Part shown: positions 34,888-45,617 of the stretch, one piece after another
Layout of the letters: each line of letters opens with the position of its first letter
How positions within the stretch are numbered: the first letter of the stretch is position 1
DNA from: Bacillota bacterium
Lineage (GTDB): Bacteria; Bacillota; Clostridia; Oscillospirales; Acutalibacteraceae
Assembly: GCA_021769885.1 (NCBI GenBank)
Contig: JAETSA010000001.1
Location: 39,963 to 103,962 of the forward strand
Reading direction: 5' to 3'
Length of the DNA: 64,000 nucleotides
The notes under the pieces: model-generated
The model's database searches: none
What the model was told of the DNA's origin: nothing
What the model saw: the letters and a program-made list of their open reading frames with translations, nothing else
Translations under genes and position numbers: made by a program

Positions 34888-37848
34888 ATGGCACATATCA
34901 AAGTAGTTCGCCGCAGTATGCGTCCCGAGGAATGGACCGCACTGCGTTTCGGATGGCTCAAACGTCACATATATAATAAAACTTATGAAATCAAGACTTT
35001 ACAAATCCGCGATGCGCGGCAAGTGTCCGAAATGGAATATGAATTTTATTCGGATGATTATCGACCGCTTATCAAAGGGGATATGTATTTTACCCCTGAC
35101 GGTACAGCGTTTATTCGCGGGGATATTGTGATTCCCGATGCATTACGCGGGGAAGAAATGTGGTTTGCGTTAAAAACAGCGGCAGAAATTATTGTTAAGG
35201 TAAACGGTACCTACGTCGGCGGTGTTGACCCGAACCGTGAGCGTATTTTATTGACGCCCTATCTCTCAGAGAATACGGAAAAACTGCATTTTGAAATGCA
35301 GGGCTATAACCGCTCCAAACCCGACGACGAGCGCAATCCCGAGTCTCTGTCTGTGCGTGGCTGCCGTCAGATTTTTGAGGGTGCATATCTTGCTACGGTC
35401 AATCACGATGTGCTGGACTTAGTGTATGACTTGGAACTGCTTTCCGATATTGCAAACAGTGATTTGTTTTCTGGGGATTACCGCGCGTTTCTGCATCGGG
35501 AAATGAGCAGGGCGCTTGACTTGATTGATTTTGAGGACGAATTACTTCCGGGGCTGAGCGAAGCAAAGCATTATGTGGACGAGGTTATTTATAAAAACGA
35601 TGATTACAAGGGCAGCGGTGATGTGGCACTGATTGCGCACTCCCATTTGGATATTGCGTATTATTGGCGCAGAATCCACGCGGTGCAAAAAAACTTGCGC
35701 ACAATTTTAATTCAGCTTCGCTTGATGGACAGATACCCTGAGTTTAAATATACTCACACCCAAAGCTATACCTATGAATCGCTTGAAAAATATTATCCTG
35801 AGGTATTTGAAGAACTGAAAACAAAAATTGCCGCGGGACAGTTTGAGCCTGTCGGTGCAATGTTTGTAGAGCCTGACTGCAATATCCCGGCGGCGGAAAG
35901 CTTGATTCGGCAGTGCCTTTACGGTCAGCATTATTTCCGCGAAAAATTCGGCAAAACCGTCAACAACTGCTGGTTGCCTGATGTGTTCGGCAACAGTTGG
36001 ATTTTGCCGCAGATTCTCAAAAAAAGTGGTGTGGAATACTTTGTTTCCAATAAAATGTCCACTTGGAACGATACCAACCGTTTCCCGCACAATAACTTTA
36101 TTTGGAAAGGCTTAGACGGCAGTGAGGTCTACGCCTGCGTGCCGCCGACGCATTTTATCACTTGGAATATGCCGAGCCAAATCCAAGAGAACTGGGAAGC
36201 GTATCAGGATAAAAACACCGGCGGGCAGACAATGTCTATGTTCGGTTACGGTGACGGCGGCAGCGGCGTGACGGAAGAAATGCTGGAACTGATGAAACGG
36301 TTCAAAAAGCTGTCAATTATGCCGAAAACAGAGCATATCAGTGCCGCAGAGTTTTTAGAGAAGAATCTCAAAGATAATCCGAATCTCGAAAAGTGGGACG
36401 GTGAGCTGTACTTAGAAATGCACCGCGGTACATTTACGACTAAGGCAAATTTGAAAAAATGGAATCGCAAATTGGAGTATAAACTGCGCGAGGCGGAAAT
36501 CATTTCTACACTGCGTATGCTCGGCGGCGCTTTATATCCGCAGGAGGAGTTACGTGCGTGCTACAAAAAGCTTTTGCTCAATCAGTTTCACGACATTTTG
36601 CCGGGTAGTCATATCACACCCGTTTATCGGGACGCTATCGCGGATTATGTGTGGATGGACAGTCAGCTCGACAAAATCATCGGCACAGGGGAGAAATATT
36701 TTAATTCTCTGAACTTCGAAAGAACTGCCTTGACCTTCATAGAAAATCCGCACGGTGACAGCACGCGTTGCGGAAAGCGGGGGTATTGGTGTATTCCACA
36801 TCTTCCGCCGCTCGCACACGGGGAAATCAAGCGAAGTGTCGGCACAGCGAATGAATGGTGCTATGTCGGTGAAACGGTGGAAACACCTTATTATAAAGTG
36901 CAGTTTGCCGATGACGGTAGTATTTCATCCCTGTACGACAAAGAACTGTCCCGCGAATGGGTAGACGGTGATTTTAATCAGTTGAAGATTTATGAAGACA
37001 AGCCCGGTGTGTATGATGCGTGGGATATTTTGCCGAATTACAAAAATAAGCAGTATTCGCTTGAGATTGCCGAACCGTTGCATTTGACCGAAAAAAATGA
37101 TGAGGTCGCAGTATTTGAAACAGAATTGAAAACAGGGAACAGCACTTGGCGTCGTTTGATTCGTTTGTTCCGTCAGTCACGCGGAATTGAAGTGGAAAAC
37201 CAAGTGGATTGGCGTGAAAAGCACCGCCTTGCTAAGGTCGAGTTTGACTGCAATGTGCTGACGCGTGAGGGTGTGTGTGATCTTGGAGCGGGATTTATCA
37301 AGCGTGACACACACAGAAACACCTCTTGGCAGCAAGCGCGCTTCGAGGTCTGCCACCATAAGTGGTGCGATCTGTCGGAAACGGACGGCGGTGTGGTGAT
37401 TATCAATGATTGCAAATATGGGGTCGGATTTGATGAAAATAAAATCTCCCTGAGCCTGTTACGTGCAACTGTTCGTCCCGATCCGACAAGCGATATGGGT
37501 CAACATAGTTTTTGTTATTTGATTTTACCGCACGCGGCAGATGCTGTGACAGCGGGGGTCAACAAAACTGCACTTGAATACAATATTCCGCTGGTAAAGG
37601 CAGATGTTTCCTGTCAAAATACCTTTGACGGCTTATTCCTGCAGGCGATGAAGCTTTCCGAGGACGGAAAAATGATTGTAGTGCGTTTATCGGAATGCGA
37701 CGGTCGTCGAGGAGTTATGCACCTGCCTAAAAAAGTAAAGCTTTTGAATATGCTCGAAGATGTGGAAGGGGAATCGGATACTTTGTCCTATACACCTTTC
37801 GAGATTTTGACGGTCGGCATTCCCTTGACGGATGAAACCGAGCAATAA
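34888..37848 (+). CDS. Alpha-mannosidase (GH38)
   Basis: 986 aa. The GH38 N-terminal metal-site motif LIAHSHLDIAYYW is present, along with QFHDILPGS. Confidence 0.88.
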   Translation: MAHIKVVRRSMRPEEWTALRFGWLKRHIYNKTYEIKTLQIRDARQVSEMEYEFYSDDYRPLIKGDMYFTPDGTAFIRGDIVIPDALRGEEMWFALKTAAEIIVKVNGTYVGGVDPNRERILLTPYLSENTEKLHFEMQGYNRSKPDDERNPESLSVRGCRQIFEGAYLATVNHDVLDLVYDLELLSDIANSDLFSGDYRAFLHREMSRALDLIDFEDELLPGLSEAKHYVDEVIYKNDDYKGSGDVALIAHSHLDIAYYWRRIHAVQKNLRTILIQLRLMDRYPEFKYTHTQSYTYESLEKYYPEVFEELKTKIAAGQFEPVGAMFVEPDCNIPAAESLIRQCLYGQHYFREKFGKTVNNCWLPDVFGNSWILPQILKKSGVEYFVSNKMSTWNDTNRFPHNNFIWKGLDGSEVYACVPPTHFITWNMPSQIQENWEAYQDKNTGGQTMSMFGYGDGGSGVTEEMLELMKRFKKLSIMPKTEHISAAEFLEKNLKDNPNLEKWDGELYLEMHRGTFTTKANLKKWNRKLEYKLREAEIISTLRMLGGALYPQEELRACYKKLLLNQFHDILPGSHITPVYRDAIADYVWMDSQLDKIIGTGEKYFNSLNFERTALTFIENPHGDSTRCGKRGYWCIPHLPPLAHGEIKRSVGTANEWCYVGETVETPYYKVQFADDGSISSLYDKELSREWVDGDFNQLKIYEDKPGVYDAWDILPNYKNKQYSLEIAEPLHLTEKNDEVAVFETELKTGNSTWRRLIRLFRQSRGIEVENQVDWREKHRLAKVEFDCNVLTREGVCDLGAGFIKRDTHRNTSWQQARFEVCHHKWCDLSETDGGVVIINDCKYGVGFDENKISLSLLRATVRPDPTSDMGQHSFCYLILPHAADAVTAGVNKTALEYNIPLVKADVSCQNTFDGLFLQAMKLSEDGKMIVVRLSECDGRRGVMHLPKKVKLLNMLEDVEGESDTLSYTPFEILTVGIPLTDETEQ

Positions 37849-37853
37849 TCCCT

Positions 37854-37891
37854 TAAATCCCTGTGTCGTTTCAGCACGGGGATTTGATTTT
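37854..37891 (+). terminator. Rho-independent terminator of the mannosidase gene
   Basis: AAATCCCTGTG (37854..37864) pairs with CACGGGGATTT (37874..37884, one G-U pair), followed by GATTTTT. Confidence 0.7.
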
Positions 37892-37932
37892 TGAAAAAAA
37901 AAATATAATTCCGTGATTTTCACACTTTTTTA

Positions 37933-37961
37933 TTGAAAATTTTGTCAGAATATTGTATACT
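37933..37961 (+). promoter_or_regulatory. Sigma-A promoter of the xpt / nucleoside-transporter operon
   Basis: TTGAAA (37933..37938), a 17 nt spacer, then TATACT (37956..37961) with a TG extension. Confidence 0.6.
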
Positions 37962-38063
37962 TGTCCATAGACTTGAACCCAATGCAGAAAAATGTACAAA
38001 TCGGTGCCTTTTTACATATTCGCAGTTCAGGTTTATTTTAATTTTTGCTCGTGGGGAAATGAA

Positions 38064-38645
38064 ATGAAACTGTTGGAAGAGCGGATTCAAAAGGACGGCA
38101 TTGTTAAAGCGGGTAACGTTTTGAAGGTCGATTCTTTTTTGAATCATCAAATGGATATAGCGCTGTTCAATGCAATGGGCGAAGAGTTTAAACGCCTGTT
38201 TGCGAATGCGGACGTTAATAAGATTATGACAATCGAGGCGTCGGGCATCGGGATTGCTTGTGTAGCGGCGCAGTATTTCAATGTGCCCGTTGTATTTGCC
38301 AAAAAATCGCAAAGCGTGAATATTGACGGTGATGTGTATTCGACCGAAATTGAGTCTTTTACGCATAAGCGCGTGTATAATGTAATCGTTTCCAAAAAGT
38401 ATTTGTCCCCAAATGACAGGGTCTTGATTATTGATGACTTTCTGGCGAACGGGTGTGCAATGAACGGGCTTTTAGACATCGTAGCTGCGGCAGGCGCGTC
38501 GGTTGCAGGCATCGGTATTGCAATTGAAAAAGGCTTTCAACAAGGCGGTGCATTGCTTCGGGCGCGCGGCTATCATTTGGAATCCCTCGCTATTGTAGAC
38601 GCTATGAATGCTCAAACGGGCGAAATTACATTCCGTGCGCAGTGA
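38064..38645 (+). CDS. xpt: Xanthine phosphoribosyltransferase
   Basis: [13 protein letters not shown]....[13 protein letters not shown] is the classic Xpt N-terminus. The PRPP motif [11 protein letters not shown] is present. The ATG at 38064 lies within track ORF 37992..38645. Confidence 0.9.
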   Translation: MKLLEERIQKDGIVKAGNVLKVDSFLNHQMDIALFNAMGEEFKRLFANADVNKIMTIEASGIGIACVAAQYFNVPVVFAKKSQSVNIDGDVYSTEIESFTHKRVYNVIVSKKYLSPNDRVLIIDDFLANGCAMNGLLDIVAAAGASVAGIGIAIEKGFQQGGALLRARGYHLESLAIVDAMNAQTGEITFRAQ

Positions 38646-38710
38646 GTTTTTTTGTATGATTCGGCAATTCCTGCCGTTCATAATATTTTATTTTTTTAGG
38701 AGGAAATGTC

Positions 38711-39955
38711 ATGAAAAAAGTTCTCAGCATTTTATTGGCTCTTGTTATGGTCGTGCTTTGCTTCGCGGCTTGCGGCAAGAAAGATGATGCAAAAACGGAC
38801 GAGCCTAAGAGCGATTTCTTAGTCGGTGCAGTTTACATCAACAGCCAAAACGACACTGCAGGCTACACGTTTGCGCATCACAACGGCATCACCAAGGCAA
38901 TGGAGCAACTCGGTCTTCCGAAGGAAAACCTCAGAATTGTGGATAACATCCCGGAAGATACTCAGCAGGTTTCCGAAGCAATTGATAAATTAGCCAATCA
39001 AGGCTGTAAAATCATTTTCGGCATCAGCTTCGGTTATATCGAGGCTTTTGCAGAAGCGGCGGAGAAGCCTGAATATGCAGATATCATCTTCTCCCATGCA
39101 ACAGGCTATAAGTCTAACGACAAAAACTTCAACAATTACTTCGGCAGAATCTATCAGGCACGTTACCTCGCAGGTATTGCCGCAGGTCTGAAATCCCTTG
39201 AGCTTGGCAATAACAACCTCGGTTATGTTGCGGCTTGGGGCACGGAATATGCGGAAACCTGCTCCGGCATCAACGCATTCGCAATGGGCGCACAGGCTGT
39301 AAACCCCAATGCGGTTGTTCACGTAAATAAAATCAGCACTTGGGGCGATGAAGCAAAAGAAAAAGCAGCGGCAGAAGCGCTTATCAGCACTTACAAATGC
39401 TGTGTGATTGCCCAGCATTGCGACAGTGCGCAGCCTCAGCTTGCGGCGGCGGACGGTAAGGTATTCGGCTGTGGTTACAACTCTGATATGACCGCGCAAG
39501 CTCCGTCTGCACACTTGACCGCGCCGATTTGGCATTGGGATGTTTACTACAAGCTTGCAATTGAAACGGCTATGAACGATCCGGCAAACTTTATGAGTAC
39601 GGTCGGCATTTACTACGGCGGCTTGAAAGAGGGCTTTGTAGATATTTCTCCGCTTTCCGAAAACTGCACTGCAGAAACCAAAGCGATTGTTGATAAGGTT
39701 AAGGCTATGATGGTCAACGGCGAATGGGATGTTTTCACAAATGAAAAGCTTTCCATCGCGAAAGACGGTACAATCACCAAGACCACTGCCGCACTGAAAG
39801 ACAACAAAGGTGCAGAAGTCATTTCGGCAGATGGTAATACCTATTTCACCTATAACGACGGTGTTCTTACCGCAGTTGACGGCGGCAAAGATGCTTGTGA
39901 CGGTGTTATTAAGGGCTCTATGAACTACTATGTTGCAGGCGTTGAAGAGGGCTAA
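38711..39955 (+). CDS. BMP-family (PnrA/Med-like) nucleoside-binding lipoprotein of an ABC transporter
   Basis: Lipobox LCFAAC with Cys after the signal peptide. Overall similarity to basic membrane protein family substrate-binding proteins. Lies directly upstream of the cognate ATPase and two permeases. Confidence 0.8.
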   Translation: MKKVLSILLALVMVVLCFAACGKKDDAKTDEPKSDFLVGAVYINSQNDTAGYTFAHHNGITKAMEQLGLPKENLRIVDNIPEDTQQVSEAIDKLANQGCKIIFGISFGYIEAFAEAAEKPEYADIIFSHATGYKSNDKNFNNYFGRIYQARYLAGIAAGLKSLELGNNNLGYVAAWGTEYAETCSGINAFAMGAQAVNPNAVVHVNKISTWGDEAKEKAAAEALISTYKCCVIAQHCDSAQPQLAAADGKVFGCGYNSDMTAQAPSAHLTAPIWHWDVYYKLAIETAMNDPANFMSTVGIYYGGLKEGFVDISPLSENCTAETKAIVDKVKAMMVNGEWDVFTNEKLSIAKDGTITKTTAALKDNKGAEVISADGNTYFTYNDGVLTAVDGGKDACDGVIKGSMNYYVAGVEEG

Positions 39956-40001
39956 ACGGATTATTAATCGTTTTTAAAATTCAAATTAAGGGAGATTTAT
40001 T

Positions 40002-41606
40002 GTGGCGGCAGAATATGCTATTGAATTGCGAAATATTAATAAGTCTTTTGGTAGTGTAGCTGCCAATAAAAATATCAACCTTAAAGTTCGGCAGGGCGAG
40101 ATTCTCGCCCTGCTGGGCGAAAACGGTTCCGGCAAAACAACATTGATGAATATGCTGTCGGGCATTTATAAGCCGGACAGCGGTGAGATTTTAGTGGACG
40201 GAAACGCAGTTTCCATCAATTCTCCTGAGGATGCCAAAAAACTCGGCATCGGTATGGTGCATCAGCATTTCAAGCTGGTGGATATTTTTTCTGCAGCCGA
40301 CAACATTTGGCTCGGCGCAGAGCAAAAAGAGGACAGCTCTGCAAAGACTAAGCTGTCTAAAGTTTTTTTACGCAAAGATCGTTTTTCTGAAATTGAAAAA
40401 ACCGCCGAGCAATTCGGCTTTCAAATAGATGCAAAGAAACTCGTAAAAAATATGGCTGTCAGTGAAAAGCAGACCTTGGAAATCATTAAGGTGCTGTATT
40501 ACGGTGCCAAAACGATTATATTAGATGAGCCTACCGCTGTGCTTACCGTGCAGGAAATCGAAAAGCTTTTCGAAATTTTGCGTAAAATGAAGGCACAGGG
40601 GCATTCCATTATTATCATCAGCCATAAACTGAATGAAGTGCTGGATATCAGCGACCGCGTGGCAATTTTGCGGAAAGGCGAATATATCGGTACGGTCAAT
40701 ACTTCTGAAACCGATGAATTGCAGTTGACGGAATTGATGATGGGTAAAAAGGCGGATTTAAATATTCGCCGTAGTAAAATCGAAAAGAAACAACCGCTTT
40801 TGGAAATCCGTGATTTGACTGTCAAAAATGACGAAGGTGCTGTCGCCATTGATCACGTGAATTTTTATGTGCGCGGTGGGGAAATGCTCGGTGTAGCGGG
40901 CATTGCAGGTTGCGGTCAAAAAGAGCTTTGCGAAGCAATGGCGGGGCTTCGCAAAATCGAAAGCGGTATGATGATTCACGAAGGGGAAAGCATCGTAGGA
41001 TTGCCACCGCAGAAAATTATTGAAAAAGGTATTTCAATGAGCTTTATTCCCGAAGACAGACTCGGTATGGGGCTTGCGCCGTCTTTGTCGATTACGGATA
41101 ATATGATTCTGAAGAAATATAAGCAAAATCGCTTTAATCCGTTTATTGACCGAAAAACCGCCAAAAAGGACGCTCAGGAAATCATCAAGGAATTGGAGGT
41201 TGTCACACCGTCCACAGAGATTCCCGTTCGCAGACTGTCGGGCGGCAACGTCCAAAAGGTTTTGCTCGGGCGTGAGATTAAAGCAAAACCGAATGTGTTG
41301 ATTACGGCATATCCGGTTCGCGGCTTGGATATTCATTCTTCTTATACGATTTATAATATTTTAGATGATTTGAAGCAAAAAGGCGTCGGAATCCTGTTCG
41401 TCGGTGAAGATTTGGATGTGCTTATGGCCTTGTGCGATAAAATTATGGTGCTGTGCCACGGCAGAGTGATGGGCGTTGTGCATGCCAACAAAACCACTAA
41501 AGAGCAGTTGGGACTGATGATGACCGGTGCGCTCGACTTGACTGCGGCAGAGGGAAAGGCAGTCGGCATCGCGAAAGATTCTAACATTAAGGAGGATGTA
41601 CAGTGA
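40002..41606 (+). CDS. ABC transporter ATP-binding protein with duplicated ATPase domains
   Basis: Walker A GENGSGKTT. Signature motifs (LSGGN..KV) and Walker B (IILDEPT) are present in the two halves. GTG start behind AGGGAG. Confidence 0.88.
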   Translation: MAAEYAIELRNINKSFGSVAANKNINLKVRQGEILALLGENGSGKTTLMNMLSGIYKPDSGEILVDGNAVSINSPEDAKKLGIGMVHQHFKLVDIFSAADNIWLGAEQKEDSSAKTKLSKVFLRKDRFSEIEKTAEQFGFQIDAKKLVKNMAVSEKQTLEIIKVLYYGAKTIILDEPTAVLTVQEIEKLFEILRKMKAQGHSIIIISHKLNEVLDISDRVAILRKGEYIGTVNTSETDELQLTELMMGKKADLNIRRSKIEKKQPLLEIRDLTVKNDEGAVAIDHVNFYVRGGEMLGVAGIAGCGQKELCEAMAGLRKIESGMMIHEGESIVGLPPQKIIEKGISMSFIPEDRLGMGLAPSLSITDNMILKKYKQNRFNPFIDRKTAKKDAQEIIKELEVVTPSTEIPVRRLSGGNVQKVLLGREIKAKPNVLITAYPVRGLDIHSSYTIYNILDDLKQKGVGILFVGEDLDVLMALCDKIMVLCHGRVMGVVHANKTTKEQLGLMMTGALDLTAAEGKAVGIAKDSNIKEDVQ

Positions 41607-42739
41607 ACAAAACAAAAGCTCCGTTTATTCGCGTTGTAAAACGGGATAAAATTCATCCTCTTTTAAAAGTAGCCTTTTATTTGATTGCTATCTTGGCGGC
41701 GTTGACTGTTGGCGGTGTTTTGCTGATTTCTATCGGCGTCAATCCGTTTGTGCTTTATAAGGATATGTTTACCATCGGTATGCTTGGCAGCCGATTTGCT
41801 TATAAGAGTATTGAGGGACTGATTACGGTGTTTGTACCGCTGTTAATCACTTCACTCGCCCTGTCTCTGTCTTTTAAAATGCGATTTTGGAATATCGGCG
41901 GTGAAGGACAGTTTATCATCGGTGCTTTAGCGGCGGCAACTGTCGCGCTGAAGTTTGGCGATTCGATGTCCTCTTTTCCGCTGTTGTTGCTTATGTTTGT
42001 ATCAGCAATGCTTGCGGCAGGTGTATTCGGTGGATTTGTTGCGCTTTTAAACGTTCGGTTTAAAACCAATGAAACGCTGATGACGCTGATGCTCAATTAT
42101 ATTGCTTTGTATTTATTGCGGTTTTTCGGTGAGACGCAAGCACCTTGGAATTTCTATTTGAGTGATGAGTCTGTGCGCCCTGTATTCCGCAAATTTTCAG
42201 AGGCGGCGTTTATGCCGACCATTACAATCGGCAAATTTTCTTTGAATATCTCATTGCTGTTTGCAGTGGCGATTTGTGTCGGCGTATATTTCTATTTAAA
42301 GAAGACCAAACACGGCTATGAGATTTCTGTTGTCGGGGACAGCGCAAATACGGCACGATATGCCGGTATGAATGTCAAAAAAATTATTCTTAGAACGATG
42401 TTCCTTTCTGCGGCACTGATTGGGCTTGCCGGCGGATTCTATGTATCCGGTGCAAAGGTGCTCTCGACTTCTATCACAAACAATGTCGGTTGGACGGGTA
42501 TCATTGTAGCTTGGCTTTCCAAGCTGAATACCTTTGCGATTTTCGGTGTATCTCTGTTAATTAGTATTATGCAGTACGGTGCACAGGCGGCAAGCACGCA
42601 ATTTCCGAGCATTGATTCGAATTTTGCGGATTTGTTGCAAGGCATCATCTTGTTCTTTGTTTTAGCGGCAGATTTCTTCATACGTTTTAAATTGGTGTTT
42701 CGGAAGTCGGCAGAGAAGCAAGGAGGGGAAGCAGAATGA
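41603..42739 (+). CDS. ABC transporter permease (BMP/nucleoside-type)
   Basis: Polytopic 378 aa protein with a 4 nt overlap with the ATPase gene. Confidence 0.8.
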   Translation: MNKTKAPFIRVVKRDKIHPLLKVAFYLIAILAALTVGGVLLISIGVNPFVLYKDMFTIGMLGSRFAYKSIEGLITVFVPLLITSLALSLSFKMRFWNIGGEGQFIIGALAAATVALKFGDSMSSFPLLLLMFVSAMLAAGVFGGFVALLNVRFKTNETLMTLMLNYIALYLLRFFGETQAPWNFYLSDESVRPVFRKFSEAAFMPTITIGKFSLNISLLFAVAICVGVYFYLKKTKHGYEISVVGDSANTARYAGMNVKKIILRTMFLSAALIGLAGGFYVSGAKVLSTSITNNVGWTGIIVAWLSKLNTFAIFGVSLLISIMQYGAQAASTQFPSIDSNFADLLQGIILFFVLAADFFIRFKLVFRKSAEKQGGEAE

Positions 42740-43731
42740 ATCAGATGGAAGTCTTTACGCTTTTCCTTTTCAATATTGTGGTCTACAATATCCCGCTTTT
42801 ATACGGTACGGTAGGCGAAATTATTATTGAAAAATCAGGCAGTTTGAACCTCGGTGTGGAAGGTATTATGGCGGTTGGCGCAATCTTCGGATATTTGATT
42901 GGCTGTTCCGCGAACAGTTTGACGGTTGGCATTTTAGCGTCTTTCTTGTGCGCAGGTCTGTTTGGTATTATTTTTGCAGTGCTTACTGTAACAATGCAAG
43001 CGAATCAAAATGTAACAGGTCTGACGATGACCACCTTCGGCGTCGGTTTGTTTTTCTTCATTGGGAAGGGCTTGAGCGGCTCGTGGCCGATGATGACCGC
43101 GTATTCCAATATCAACGACGGCTTTAAAAACGCGTTGGAGATTCCGTTGCTGTCAAAAATCCCGATAGTTGGTAAGGCGTTTTTTTCACACAATATTTTG
43201 GTGTATCTCGGGATTGTTATTGCGATAGCGGTTTGGTTTTATTTAAACAAAACAAAAACCGGGCTTCGCTTGCGCGCTGTCGGTGAAAACCCCGGTGCGG
43301 CGGATTCCTTGGGTATCAACATTACGCTGTATAAATATGTTCATATTATTCTCGGCTCCGGTATTATGGGTATCGGCGGGTATTATATGGGATTGAATCT
43401 CGGCGGCAGCTTTGAGGGCAGTAATTGTTGGATTAACGGCTACGGTTGGATTGCGGTTGCTTTGGTAATTTTCGCGAATTGGAGTACAGCGAAAGCCATT
43501 CTCGGCACTTTGGTATTTGGTTTTTTCAACACGCTTCAAATTTACAGCGGACCGCTTGCGAATGCATTTCCGGATTCCTTGGGCTTCTTGGCGAAAATCC
43601 CGCCGCAGCTTTATCAGGCACTACCGTTTATAATCACTGCGCTTGTGTTGATTTTTGCTTCCGTCAACAAAAAGAAAAAAATGGCACAGCCTGCAGCTTT
43701 GGGTCTGAATTATTTCCGCGAAGAAAGATAA
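42736..43731 (+). CDS. ABC transporter permease (BMP/nucleoside-type, second subunit)
   Basis: Polytopic 331 aa protein with a 4 nt overlap with the preceding permease gene. Confidence 0.8.
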   Translation: MNQMEVFTLFLFNIVVYNIPLLYGTVGEIIIEKSGSLNLGVEGIMAVGAIFGYLIGCSANSLTVGILASFLCAGLFGIIFAVLTVTMQANQNVTGLTMTTFGVGLFFFIGKGLSGSWPMMTAYSNINDGFKNALEIPLLSKIPIVGKAFFSHNILVYLGIVIAIAVWFYLNKTKTGLRLRAVGENPGAADSLGINITLYKYVHIILGSGIMGIGGYYMGLNLGGSFEGSNCWINGYGWIAVALVIFANWSTAKAILGTLVFGFFNTLQIYSGPLANAFPDSLGFLAKIPPQLYQALPFIITALVLIFASVNKKKKMAQPAALGLNYFREER

Positions 43732-43755
43732 TATAAACACGAACATATTCTTCCG

Positions 43756-43791
43756 AACACATCTTCGACAAAGGTCGAAGGTGTGTTTTTT
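43756..43791 (+). terminator. Rho-independent terminator of the xpt-ABC operon
   Basis: AACACATCTTCGAC (43756..43769) pairs with GTCGAAGGTGTGTT (43774..43787), followed by TTTT. Confidence 0.8.
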
Positions 43792-43793
43792 AT

Positions 43794-43826
43794 GTAAAAA
43801 TTCCCGCTGTGGTTGCACAGCGGGAA
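43794..43826 (-). terminator. Rho-independent terminator of the minus-strand five-gene operon
   Basis: TTCCCGCTGTG (43801..43811) pairs with CACAGCGGGAA (43816..43826). The plus-strand A-run at 43794..43800 gives the minus-strand U-tail. Confidence 0.75.
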
Positions 43827-43865
43827 ACAGGAGAAAAAACAGCGAAACATCACTGCTAAAAAAGG

Positions 43866-45617
43866 TTAACGGTAGTCTTTGCGCTCGTTCAGGAATTTCT
43901 TCTCTTCCGGCAGTAAATCCAAACCGATTGTGCCGCCCGGATTCATCAGATAATCGGGGTCAAAATAGTTTTTCAATACTTTGAATACGCCGTATTCTTT
44001 CTCACCGATATAGCCTTCCAACCACGGTGCAAACATTTTGCCGACACCGTGATGGTGTGAGATTGCCGCACCCGATTTTTGAATCGCATCCAAAATCGTG
44101 GTGTGATAGCGCTTAAACTCGTCTGCATCATTCATTTTTGTGATGAAAATGAAATAGAGATTTGCACCCTGCGGATAGCAGTGGGACATATGGGTTGTCA
44201 CAACAGTATTTGGTAAAGCGTGGCATACCTTGCGTACATCTCGGTGTACCTGTGCCATATTGGACCAGTTCACAGTGCATTCAAGGGTATCTGTAATAAT
44301 ACTGAAATCCATCAGCGTGTCACGCAGATACGGGTCGTTAAATCGACCTTTTTCCCAACTTTTGGTAACATACCCTGTCATAGGCATGGCACCGTATTTT
44401 AATGCGATTTTTGCAATGTTCTTAGCAACATTTTTTGAAAATCCTTTTTCACCGTCTGTGAAGCCTAAGAACATACAGCGTTCCATATCCTTATAACCGC
44501 ATTTGTCCAAAATCGGCGCAAGAGGCGTTTCATCTACATTGTAGAGCTTGAGCATCAAGTGGGTTTCTTCAGGGTCGGAAAGACGGAAAACGGAGGAATA
44601 TCCGCATTCACACTGCATCATCTCGCGTGCCGCTTCCATCGCAATTTCCCAGTTTTTAAACATATAGGAGAAGCGCTTGCGGTTTTCGGGCATCCAGCGG
44701 AACACACGGAGGGTAACTTCGGTAAGTACGCCGAATGTGCCTTCCGAACCCATCATAATTTGATTCAGGTTCGGACCGGTTGCTTCACGCGGATAATGGC
44801 TTGTGACGATGCGACCGATGGGTGTTGCATATTTTTGTGACAGCACAATGTCGGTAATGCATCCGTAATAGGTGCTGTTCTGTCCTGCGCCGCGTGTGAC
44901 TGTCCAACCGCCGACGCTACTGTATTCAAAGGACTGCGGGAAATGACCGCAGGTGTAAGCGCGTTTTGCACCAAACAGCTCCGGTGCATTTTGCAGTGTT
45001 TCTTCCAGCTTTGGACCGGACATACCTGCCTGCACGGTAATCGTTTGGTCGGTTTCATTAAAGCTGATGACTTTATTGAATCGCTTGCGCATATCCAAAG
45101 TCATACCGCCCTTGACCGCTTCCATACCGCGTGTAACGGAGCTGCCGCCGCCGTAAACATACAGCGGGATTTTATTTTCGATTGCATACGCAACCAGCTG
45201 CTCTACTTGTTCCGTCGTGTCGGGGTAGACAACAACATCCGGAATATTTTCAATCTGCTTATGACGCAGGCGGAGCAAATCGTAGCCGGTGCATCCGTAA
45301 GCAACGGCCAGACGGGGATAATCCTCGGTTGTAACGAATTCAGCGCCGACAATCTTTTTCAAAGCCTCTATATGCTTCTTGGCGATTTTAGACGGATAGG
45401 CAGACAAGTCGACCTTGTCAAACCCAATATCATCCGTATAATCCTTGAAGTCATCGTCGGTCATTTTGAAGGTTTCTTTCATCAGCTTATAAAGAGATTC
45501 CTTCGGATATTTAAAGAATTCTGGATCGCCCCAGCGAAAGATGGAACGATAGCTTCCCTCGGGCGCGGGGGTCAGTACCCATTTCGGTTCAAATCCTTTA
45601 TACGGTTTGTTGCTCAT
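43866..45617 (-). CDS. FAD-linked oxidase (PCMH-type FAD_binding_4 domain), alkyl-DHAP-synthase/GlcD-like
   Basis: 583 aa. The FAD-binding segment is PDVVVYPDTTEQVEQLVAYAIENKIPLYVYGGGSSVTRG. The long N-terminal extension (SIFRWGDPEF) resembles bacterial AGPS-like proteins. 4 nt overlap with the kinase gene. Confidence 0.7.
   Translation of the reverse strand: MSNKPYKGFEPKWVLTPAPEGSYRSIFRWGDPEFFKYPKESLYKLMKETFKMTDDDFKDYTDDIGFDKVDLSAYPSKIAKKHIEALKKIVGAEFVTTEDYPRLAVAYGCTGYDLLRLRHKQIENIPDVVVYPDTTEQVEQLVAYAIENKIPLYVYGGGSSVTRGMEAVKGGMTLDMRKRFNKVISFNETDQTITVQAGMSGPKLEETLQNAPELFGAKRAYTCGHFPQSFEYSSVGGWTVTRGAGQNSTYYGCITDIVLSQKYATPIGRIVTSHYPREATGPNLNQIMMGSEGTFGVLTEVTLRVFRWMPENRKRFSYMFKNWEIAMEAAREMMQCECGYSSVFRLSDPEETHLMLKLYNVDETPLAPILDKCGYKDMERCMFLGFTDGEKGFSKNVAKNIAKIALKYGAMPMTGYVTKSWEKGRFNDPYLRDTLMDFSIITDTLECTVNWSNMAQVHRDVRKVCHALPNTVVTTHMSHCYPQGANLYFIFITKMNDADEFKRYHTTILDAIQKSGAAISHHHGVGKMFAPWLEGYIGEKEYGVFKVLKNYFDPDYLMNPGGTIGLDLLPEEKKFLNERKDYR

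Noticed and set aside
37920-38366. The 148 aa minus-strand ORF spanning the xpt promoter and 5' end, and the N-terminal extension of the xpt frame from 37992.
   Set aside because: It overlaps the xpt promoter and coding region in antisense and has no motifs. The Xpt N-terminus MKLLEERI at 38064 matches the family start.
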